Source of the DNA: a virus
Length of the DNA: 64,000 nucleotides
Strand: one strand, 5' to 3'
Virus record (IMG/VR): IMGVR_UViG_3300038468_000190
Span: 64,001-128,000 of that record
Shown: positions 22,300 through 29,900 of the stretch, in pieces
How the letters are laid out: every line of letters starts with the position of its first letter
Position numbering within the stretch: position 1 is the stretch's first letter
The notes under the pieces: generated by a model
What the model was told of the DNA's origin: nothing
What the model saw: only the letters and a program-made list of their open reading frames with translations
Database searches by the model: none
Translations under genes and position numbers: made by a program

Positions 22300-22528
22300 A
22301 CCGTTCGGGGCGGGCGGCTCAGTCCGTTTCGAAGCGGCGAGTGCCGGTTTTGCCAAAAGCCGCAGGGAGAGCTCTGCTCCGTCGACGTCCCCTCACTGGA
22401 GCCGTGGCAGTAGTAGATGTCGTAGGACGAGCCGTAGCAGTCGCCACTACAGTTCGGGCAGATCCAGAGGCGCCTCCCCCCGGCAACCGTGTAGTCCATC
22501 ACGAAGGCGTCCCGGAAGGGAGCCTTGT

Positions 22529-22702
22529 TCACGGACGCTTCTCCTGGGCGTTCTCGATGAGCTCGCAGATCACGCTGTTCTTGCTCACGATCTTGCCGCC
22601 CGCGATGCGGCTCGAGACGAGCCTGAGGACCTTCTGGTGAAGGTGCGGGGGCATACGAAGGATCATCGCGTGGCGGTCCTTGGGCCTCGACTTTTTGGCC
22701 AT
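22529..22702 (-). CDS. Arc/Mnt-like ribbon-helix-helix DNA-binding protein, 57 aa (absent from ORF track)
   Basis: Hand translation MAKKSRPKDRHAMILRMPPHLHQKVLRLVSSRIAGGKIVSKNSVICELIENAQEKRP; LRxP and SxNS.I pattern. Confidence 0.7.
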   Translation of the reverse strand: MAKKSRPKDRHAMILRMPPHLHQKVLRLVSSRIAGGKIVSKNSVICELIENAQEKRP

Positions 22703-22718
22703 CTGGGAGCGATTTACA

Positions 22719-22738
22719 TAGCACTGATATCAGTGCTA
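22719..22738. promoter_or_regulatory. Perfect 20-bp palindrome, probable operator
   Basis: TAGCACTGATATCAGTGCTA, 16 bp upstream of the RHH gene start. Confidence 0.7.
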
Positions 22739-22753
22739 GCCAAGGGCCCTCTC

Positions 22754-23122
22754 TCAGCGCTTTTTCGCCGTCGGATCCTCGGGGCGAGGAAAGAGCGGAT
22801 CCGTCGCCGGAGCCCGCGGAAAGGTCGCGCTCGATTTGCGGCGCAGGATGGGCTCGACGGGCGTGTCCTCGGTCGTCGTGGCGAGGGGCGGCGTCTGCAC
22901 GCCCGTCAGGGCCTGGATGCGGATACGGGTCATCCGCATATCGAGCTCGATGTGCTGCAGGGCCTCGACGGCGTCCCGGAGCGCCTTCAAGTCGAGGCGC
23001 TCGAGGACCTCCAGGGCACGCAAGATGTTGTTGCGGTCGATCTTCTGAAAAGTCTTTTCCATGCGATGCAGGGCATCGAGCGCGTCCTCGATCGATTGGA
23101 CGAGGGCGGGATCCTTGTCCAT
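22754..23122 (-). CDS. Hypothetical helical protein
   Basis: Co-oriented ORF in - strand cluster. Confidence 0.55.
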   Translation of the reverse strand: MDKDPALVQSIEDALDALHRMEKTFQKIDRNNILRALEVLERLDLKALRDAVEALQHIELDMRMTRIRIQALTGVQTPPLATTTEDTPVEPILRRKSSATFPRAPATDPLFPRPEDPTAKKR

Positions 23123-23123
23123 C

Positions 23124-23498
23124 CTAGATTTCGGGGCCTGGCCTCGGCGCCCCGCCCGGACTTCTGAGAAGCGACCACATCCAGATGGCCGCGCCTAACC
23201 CCACGAACGCGCTCAGCATGAGCTCGTTACCGAGAGCGCCGCGAAGCGCCCGGGTCGCGTAGTATCCCCCCACGAACGCGACCACGTCGCCCGTGTGGTT
23301 CTCGAGCGACTCGGGGCGCGTGTCGGGAAAGAGCGGCCGGACGAGCTTTTTGACGTCGTCCTCGACGAGCTCGAAGAGAACGTGCGAGCCGACCGCGACG
23401 GCGGGCGGGATCCGGGACGCCTCGAAGACCATGCCGAGCGCGGCGTGGCCGACCGAGTAGCGATCGAAGAAGCCGGGCATCTCGCCGTCTTTTGCCAT
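23124..23498 (-). CDS. Membrane protein, possibly metal-binding
   Basis: S.GH, FE..E, ES..N..GD among hydrophobic helices; start at TGATG overlap. Confidence 0.55.
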   Translation of the reverse strand: MAKDGEMPGFFDRYSVGHAALGMVFEASRIPPAVAVGSHVLFELVEDDVKKLVRPLFPDTRPESLENHTGDVVAFVGGYYATRALRGALGNELMLSAFVGLGAAIWMWSLLRSPGGAPRPGPEI

Positions 23499-24076
23499 CA
23501 GCTGAGCCACCTCCAGACAGCGCCGCTCCAGCCCGCGTAGCCGGCGGCGTTCGGGTGAAGGCCGTCGGGACTTCTCGGGATGTCGAGCTCGGCCGATCTG
23601 AAATAGAACGGAACCCGGGACTCGATGAGCTCGGAGACGCCGTGCTCCTCGAAGGGAAGGGTCGGCGGCCCGATCCACACGACCTCGGCGCCGCTCGCCC
23701 GAAGCTTCTCGAGGAGTTCGTCGACGAAGGGCGCTTGTCTCTCGGCGGCGCCCCGGCCGAGCGCCTCGTCGTTCGTGCCGAGACTGACGAGGACGATGGT
23801 CGGGCGGAAGGATTCGAGCTCGCTCTCGAGCCAGTCGCTCCGAGCCCACTGGTCGATGCGGCTACCGGTGATGCCGCGGCCGGCATAGGCCTCGACGGCG
23901 CTCTCGCCGGCGAGCTCGCGCATGTGGGGGTCGAGCCCGACGGCCATGCTGTCGCCAACGAGCAAGACCCGGCTCTTTTCCGTGAGTTTGGGGCGACGCG
24001 TAGCGGCGGCGACGAGCCCCACCCCGAGCACGGTGAGGAGCCCGCCGAGGAGCCAACGTCTGTCCACGCTCGCCAT
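23498..24076 (-). CDS. SGNH/GDSL hydrolase with N-terminal membrane anchor
   Basis: VGDSM, G, LGTND, DGLHP blocks. Confidence 0.9.
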   Translation of the reverse strand: MASVDRRWLLGGLLTVLGVGLVAAATRRPKLTEKSRVLLVGDSMAVGLDPHMRELAGESAVEAYAGRGITGSRIDQWARSDWLESELESFRPTIVLVSLGTNDEALGRGAAERQAPFVDELLEKLRASGAEVVWIGPPTLPFEEHGVSELIESRVPFYFRSAELDIPRSPDGLHPNAAGYAGWSGAVWRWLS

Positions 24077-24400
24077 GTTAGCATGGCCGCTCTCCGTGTA
24101 GAATCAGTGTAAAATGACGTGCTCTCGGCCCCCGGATGCTCGGGGCGCGAGGCGAGACCCGAGCGAAGAGACGGATCCCCCATGGAACTCTTAGACGACA
24201 TCCGCACACAGCTCAGCGAAACGATTCGAGAGCTCACCGAAGATCTCGAAGAGCTCCGTAACGCCGTCGACATGGAAGAGGCGGTGACCGAAGATCTGGA
24301 AGAGCGCGTGAAGACGCACGGCGCAAGCCTCCTCGCCGCCACCGGCGCCTACCGCGCGCTCGAAGAAGCTTCGTCGGAGCTCGACGACGACGAGGACTGA

Positions 24401-25045
24401 ATGCTGAATCCGTGCGGCGGCGCGCGCTGGGAGACCCTGCCGGGCGGTCTCATCGAGATCGAGGGACAAGGCACCCCGGCATTCGAGCCGGGGAGCGAGC
24501 GCTTCCGTCAGATGGAGCAATCGTGGCAGAACTGGCGCCCGCTCATCCTCTCGAACGCACGCGAGAACGGCATCCCCGCGCGCTGGATCCTCGCGACCAT
24601 CTGTCAGGAGACGGGGCCATGGTCCGATGACCCGGACAAGCAAGCGGGCATCGTGTCGTTCGACGGGGGCGTCGGCGTCATGCAGATCACCGACAAGAGC
24701 CTCGGTAACCCCGCCGACATGCTGGACCCCGCCGTGAACATCGCCGTGGGCTCGGCCCTCCTCGGTAGGCTCGCGCGCCAGTACGACGGAGAACTCCCGG
24801 AAATCGCCGCGAGCTACAACGCCGGCCGCGTGCGCTGCGGCGCCTCCGGCAATCCCTGGGGCATGGTGATGACGGGCGACTACGTCGGCGGCGTCATCCG
24901 CTGGAACAACGCCGCGGTCCTCTACATGAATCTCGAGCCGCCGCGCCTCATGCTCGGGCTCAGTCTCGGCGCCCTGGGGCTCGTTACGGCCGCCATGCTC
25001 GTCGGGCTCCTTCCGACCCCGAAGCCCCTCCGGAGGCTCCTTTGA
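24401..25045 (+). CDS. Lytic transglycosylase (SLT) with C-terminal transmembrane helix
   Basis: ICQET, GVMQI, DPAVNI..G, ASYNAG. Confidence 0.85.
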   Translation: MLNPCGGARWETLPGGLIEIEGQGTPAFEPGSERFRQMEQSWQNWRPLILSNARENGIPARWILATICQETGPWSDDPDKQAGIVSFDGGVGVMQITDKSLGNPADMLDPAVNIAVGSALLGRLARQYDGELPEIAASYNAGRVRCGASGNPWGMVMTGDYVGGVIRWNNAAVLYMNLEPPRLMLGLSLGALGLVTAAMLVGLLPTPKPLRRLL

Positions 25046-25917
25046 GAAAGAAGGAGTGGGTCGAGACGCTCCTCGGTAAGCGCGAGGCCATCGAGAAAGC
25101 GATCGGATTTCCGCTCGGCGACATGCTCGGCTGCGGCCACTGGGGCTGCGTCTTTCGGAGCACGGAGCCCTGGGTCGTGAAGCTCTCCATCGATCCGACG
25201 GAAGGGCCCATCTGGTCGAAGATCGTGGGCCTCGTGAGGGACGAAACGTGGGGCGACCGGGGCTTCGTAGAAGTCAAGAGCATCACGCGGCTCCTCCCCG
25301 ACTTGAAGGTCGGAGGCCGGACGCGCAAAGTCTGGGTGATCGTGCGCGAGGCTGTCGAGCCCGTCTTTCGCGAGTACTCGCTCCGGGAGCTCGGCGAGAA
25401 GGGCCGGGGCACGATCATGAGGACGAGCCGCTTCACAAGCGAGATCCTCGGGCTACCGGGCCCGATAGGCCAGTTCGATCGGTATGTCACCCAGGGGAGC
25501 CACGAGCAGAAGGACTTCGCGAGCGGACTCGTCGGGCTCTACAAGTACCGGGACCTCGCGACCATGTGGCACATGCTCGCCGAGCCCCGGCGGAGCCGCC
25601 TCTGGGGCGAGCGCATGGAGTTTCTGAAGCAGCGAACGCACAGGGAGGCGAAGCGTCCCGTCATCGCGGAGCGGATCGAGCAGGTCTTGAATTACTACTT
25701 TCACGGCCCCCACATGGCGCCGCTCGGCGAGTCGCTCTCGATGCTCGCCGTTCACGAGGTCTACCTCCGCGACGTCCACAACATGAACATCGGCTGGCAC
25801 GTCGGCCGGAGCGACGACGACTGGACGCGCGTCGTCGTCTTCGATCCGGGCCACACGCCGACCGGAGCCGAAGACATCGAAAGCGTCCTCCTCCAGAACC
25901 CAAGGGAGGCGCTCTAG
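25042..25917 (+). CDS. Protein kinase-like fold protein
   Basis: LGCGHWGCVF, VVK, E, DVHNMN, FDPG. Confidence 0.7.
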   Translation: MRKKEWVETLLGKREAIEKAIGFPLGDMLGCGHWGCVFRSTEPWVVKLSIDPTEGPIWSKIVGLVRDETWGDRGFVEVKSITRLLPDLKVGGRTRKVWVIVREAVEPVFREYSLRELGEKGRGTIMRTSRFTSEILGLPGPIGQFDRYVTQGSHEQKDFASGLVGLYKYRDLATMWHMLAEPRRSRLWGERMEFLKQRTHREAKRPVIAERIEQVLNYYFHGPHMAPLGESLSMLAVHEVYLRDVHNMNIGWHVGRSDDDWTRVVVFDPGHTPTGAEDIESVLLQNPREAL

Positions 25918-26876
25918 TGGGAAACTACGCGCTCGGCATCGTCGTCAATCCGAAACTCAAGGTACCCGTCCTGGTCCTCGCCGAGGGGGCCGACATCACG
26001 ATCACGGCGATGGACGCTGAGGGGTACGAAGATCTCGGCTCGGGCTACTACGGCATGAGCGACTCGATTGCCCAGATGCTGGGCCTGCCGCGCTCGCACA
26101 CGCCCCACGGCGTCACCGTCGAGGGTCAGGGCTACGGCACGTGCCTCTACACGGCGCTCTGCCTCGGCGCCCACCAGAACTTCGAGGCGCACGAGGGCCA
26201 TCCGAATCGCTACCGCATCCAGAGCTACGGGCCCGACGGCGACGGCATTTGCTCGACGACCGACGATCGATCGAGCGAGGCCGACGAGTGGTGGCGGCGC
26301 GCCCGGAGGCTCGGGCTCGCGCGAGAAGTCGAGGAAGAGCAAGAAGAGGAGGACGTCGACGTCACGAGTAACTTCGACAGTCTCATCGAAGGCGAGAGCG
26401 TCGACGACGGCGTCGTCTCCCGCGTGAACACCATCAGCGTCGACGTCTCGAAGTCGGTCTCGGGCGACGTCTACCTCTGGGACAGCGCCTCGGGGCACCA
26501 CCTCGTCGTCGCCGACTTCACGATCCCGATGGCGTCCGGCGCCGAGGCGAGCGCGCTCTGGCAGCGCATCGGCGAGCCGAAGCTCGTGACGGAGGTGTCG
26601 CTCGAGCTCATCCTCGCGCTCGATGTCCGGGGGCTCGACATCTCCGGAATAAACCTCCTCGGGCTTTTAGCGAGGGAGGCCGGGGCGAGCGACGAGGCCC
26701 TCCACGATTTCCGCTTCCGGTGGGAGGCGGGTCTCGATCCGTCGGCGCCCGTCACGCAGATGCAGCTCGCCTTCAAGAAGAACTCTTCGGAGGCGCGCCA
26801 CGCGGCGCGCGCCGTCCGAGAGGCGGCCGAGTACAGGAGAGACGCCGGCTGGGAAGCGCTCGAGAGCTTGCCCTAA
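25917..26876 (+). CDS. Acidic protein with GNAT-like acetyl-CoA-binding motif
   Basis: GTG overlaps kinase stop; VEGQGYGTCLY and RSSEADEWW. Confidence 0.45.
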   Translation: MGNYALGIVVNPKLKVPVLVLAEGADITITAMDAEGYEDLGSGYYGMSDSIAQMLGLPRSHTPHGVTVEGQGYGTCLYTALCLGAHQNFEAHEGHPNRYRIQSYGPDGDGICSTTDDRSSEADEWWRRARRLGLAREVEEEQEEEDVDVTSNFDSLIEGESVDDGVVSRVNTISVDVSKSVSGDVYLWDSASGHHLVVADFTIPMASGAEASALWQRIGEPKLVTEVSLELILALDVRGLDISGINLLGLLAREAGASDEALHDFRFRWEAGLDPSAPVTQMQLAFKKNSSEARHAARAVREAAEYRRDAGWEALESLP

Positions 26877-27358
26877 CGCTTCATGACGAGCGCGCCGAGG
26901 AGCGCGCCGACCGCGAACGCCACCCCCACGAAGGGCACCATGGACGGGCCTTTGCAGACCGGTAGGGCGTTGATCGCGTGATCCATCGCGGTCTGCGTGG
27001 CGTCCGGGACGCCCGGCGCGTAGGCCGCGTTGATGGCGTCACACTGGGCTTTCGGCATCGCGGTGTGGTCGGTATTCAGGCAGTCCATGAGCTCCTGCGA
27101 GAGACAGTCCGGAAGGGCCGCGGTGGCCGGTCCGAGCACACTGGCAGCGCCGAGTCCGTAGAGCACGACAGACAGGTTATCGCTTTTTGCTTGGCCGGGA
27201 AAGCATGAGATCTTCGAAGAACTCGTAGTCGAGCCATTCGTAGTAAAGAGAGCCGCAGAAGGGGCAGTGGCTCTTGGCATGGGGCCCGGGCCGGAGCAGA
27301 AAGTGCCGGTCGCACTTTCCGCATCGAAACCGGCCGAGCTCCCGGGCCGCGCCTGTCC

Positions 27359-27712
27359 TCAAATCCGAAAGAGGGTCGCGCCCTTGTGCCATCCGACGGG
27401 CTTTACTCCCTCCGAGGGGTCGTGGCAGTGCCACATGACGACGAGCCCGAGCATGGCCCCGTCGTCGTCGACGAAGGTGTCCGTCGCGCCCATGGGGAGC
27501 GACAGGGCCGCCCTCGCGCGCGCGGACGCCGTCCCGCTCACCGGCCCCGAGTAGAGCGTCCAGCCGCCTGGGACAGCCGGCTGGGGGCTCGGGGGCGGCG
27601 TCTTACAGATGGGCATCTCGTCCTCGATCGGCGCTCGGAGGAGATACGCGAGCGCCGCCGCGCCCGCCGCCGCGATCCCTCCGCCGAAAAATAGGAGCGC
27701 TCGCCTCTGCAT
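27359..27712 (-). CDS. Hypothetical protein with N-terminal membrane anchor
   Basis: TGATG coupling; hydrophobic N-terminus. Confidence 0.55.
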   Translation of the reverse strand: MQRRALLFFGGGIAAAGAAALAYLLRAPIEDEMPICKTPPPSPQPAVPGGWTLYSGPVSGTASARARAALSLPMGATDTFVDDDGAMLGLVVMWHCHDPSEGVKPVGWHKGATLFRI

Positions 27713-28686
27713 CAGCGGAAATGCCTCCCCAGGTTTTCGAGGAGCTCCGTTTCCCTGATGGGCGGCTCGTAGGGCGTCGCCATCGCACCCGGGTCGAGAA
27801 TGACCATGGAGAGCGGCCGCACGTCGCCCTCGATCTCCGCGTGGACGCGCCAGCCGACGTTCAAGAGGTGAAGGTCCTGAAAGACCAGGTCGCCGTACTG
27901 GACGGCGCTGAGCAAGGTCTGCCCAATGATGTCGCCGTAGCGGTTCACGTAGCCGTGGCCGCGCATCTTCTCGATGGCGGCGAGCATTTCCTGAAACGCC
28001 CTGTCGGCGATGTCCTCGACCTCTTCTTTCGAGAGGCCGTCGTACGCGCGGCGCATGAGCTTACCGCGCCAGGAATGGAAGATGAGCGCGTGCCGCCGGT
28101 AGTCCTGGAGCGACATCAGGACGATGAAGAGCTCGCGCATCCGGACCTTCAGGTCTTGAGGAAACGTCGAGAGCGCGTCGCTCATCGCCGAGAGCGACGG
28201 TTCTTTCGGGTCGATGCCGGCCCGCTCGAGAATGGCCGGCGTCATACCGAGCCTGCGGAGCGTTTCCTCGGTCGCGAAGTCCGGGCGCCGGAGCACGGGC
28301 TCCGCCGCCTCGCGCACGATGCCATAGACGGGCATCTCTTCGCTTCCGAAGATGACGTCCGGGTGGATCCGAACGACATCACGAACACGAAGGAACGCGT
28401 CGAGCTCTGCCGAGACCTCGGAATCGCCGAGGAGCTCGGCCATGTAGGCCCAGATGGGGCCCTCGGTCCGGTCGCGGGTGAGCTTGACGACCCAGGGCGG
28501 CTCGGAGTCGAAGACGCAGCCCCAGAGCCCGCAGCCGAGGAGTTCTCCCATCGGGACAGCCATCGTCCGCCGAAACCGGTCGAGGTTTGCCTCGAGAAAG
28601 GAGGACCAGGCGCGCTTGGCCGCAAGCTCCTCGGTGAGCCCCTTGTCGAGCTCGATGGAGGTCATGGGCGCGCGGTTACGACGCAC
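27712..28686 (-). CDS. Protein kinase-like fold protein, paralog of 25042-25917
   Basis: LGCGLWGCVF, PWVVKL..D.TEGPIW, DLHLLNVGW, LDPG. Confidence 0.7.
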   Translation of the reverse strand: MRRNRAPMTSIELDKGLTEELAAKRAWSSFLEANLDRFRRTMAVPMGELLGCGLWGCVFDSEPPWVVKLTRDRTEGPIWAYMAELLGDSEVSAELDAFLRVRDVVRIHPDVIFGSEEMPVYGIVREAAEPVLRRPDFATEETLRRLGMTPAILERAGIDPKEPSLSAMSDALSTFPQDLKVRMRELFIVLMSLQDYRRHALIFHSWRGKLMRRAYDGLSKEEVEDIADRAFQEMLAAIEKMRGHGYVNRYGDIIGQTLLSAVQYGDLVFQDLHLLNVGWRVHAEIEGDVRPLSMVILDPGAMATPYEPPIRETELLENLGRHFR

Positions 28687-28741
28687 CCGAAGGATTCTAA
28701 GTGAGGTCCCGGCCGGAATCGAGTGGGATCGGTTCGGGTCC

Positions 28742-28830
28742 CTGACGAGCTAGATCATCCATGGCGGTCGGCTGACGAAAACGCGCGAGCACCCGATTTC
28801 CTCTTCCTGACGAACGGCAATAATCACTGG
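28742..28830 (-). repeat. Decayed repeat remnants at the array trailer
   Basis: CTGACGA at 28742, CTGACGAA at 28772, CTGACGAACG at 28807. Confidence 0.55.
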
Positions 28831-28855
28831 AAGCACGCCTGCTGCTGGTTGCGGC

Positions 28856-29900
28856 CTGACGAACGCCATCGGTCACCGTAGGCCTTCCACGCGATGAATC
28901 AGATCCTTGCCGAGTGGTCGCACCCTCTGACGAACGCCATCGGTCACCATAGGCCTTCCGAGCGAGAGCGTTGTGCAGGCGGCCGCGGTGATGCGAGCTG
29001 ACGAACGCCATCCGTCACCCGGAGCCCTTGCGAGTAATATTGAGTGGCATGCCCGCGGGGACCTGAGTACTGACGAACGCCATCCGTCACCGTAGGCCTT
29101 CCGAGCTCGATGCGCCGGTTGCGCCTGTCGAGCCCGTGGGACTGACGAACGCCATCCGTCACCGTAGGCCTTATACGAGTCGCCCGAAAACATGGGCGCC
29201 GATGGGTGATCGAACTCTGACGAACGCCATCGGTCACCGTAGGCCTTCCGATGGCGAACGACAGGCGTCCGCACCCCGGACCGAACTGCTGACGAACGCC
29301 ATCGGTCACCGGAGCCCTTTGCGAGGTCGAGATCGAAATACGCTCGCCTCGTCCGAACTCTGACGAACGCCATCGGTCACCGGAGCCCTTGCGAGTCGCC
29401 ACCGCCGTCGAGAACGGCGAGCTCCGGAGCACCTGACGAACGCCATCCGTCACCGTAGGCCTTCCGAGAAGCAGTGCGGCGTCTGGTACAGCCAGCGCGC
29501 AACCCTGACGAACGCCATCCGTCACCGTAGGCCTTCCGAGCAGTAGCCGCGCCGGATGGATGGCGCTAACATTCGCACTGACGAACGCCATCCGTCACCG
29601 TAGGCCTTCCGAGTTTCCAACGGAGAGACTTGTACGGACAGAAAATGTCTGACGAACGCCATCCGTCACCGTAGGCCTTCCGAGTTCTCCGCCTGCGGGA
29701 CTTCCGGCACGCGATCCATCTGACGAACGCCATCCGTCACCGTAGGCCTTCCGAGCCGGAGGGCGGAGGGAATGATTCCGGAGAGACTCTCCTGACGAAC
29801 GCCATCCGTCACCGTAGGCCTTCCGAGCTTTCTTTTTCGCCTCTTTAGACCTCTGCGCGTCTTCCTGACGAACGCCATCCGTCACCGTAGGCCTTCCGAG
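28856..29900 (-). CRISPR. CRISPR array: 15 repeats (36-bp consensus) and 14 unique spacers of 34-37 bp
   Basis: Repeat (- strand) CTCGGAAGGCCTACGGTGACGGATGGCGTTCGTCAG; + strand starts 28856, 28927, 28998, 29070, 29142, 29217, 29289, 29360, 29433, 29505, 29578, 29649, 29720, 29792, 29865. Orientation inferred from degeneration toward low coordinates and a G:U pair in the 3' hairpin. Confidence 0.97.

Noticed and set aside
29469-29504. Spacer resembling a sigma54 promoter (CTGGTACA-N4-GCGC)
   Set aside because: GG-N10-GC arises easily in GC-rich DNA; unsupported without a protospacer
28892-29864. Self-targeting spacers
   Set aside because: No match noticed within the window by eye; not an exhaustive search
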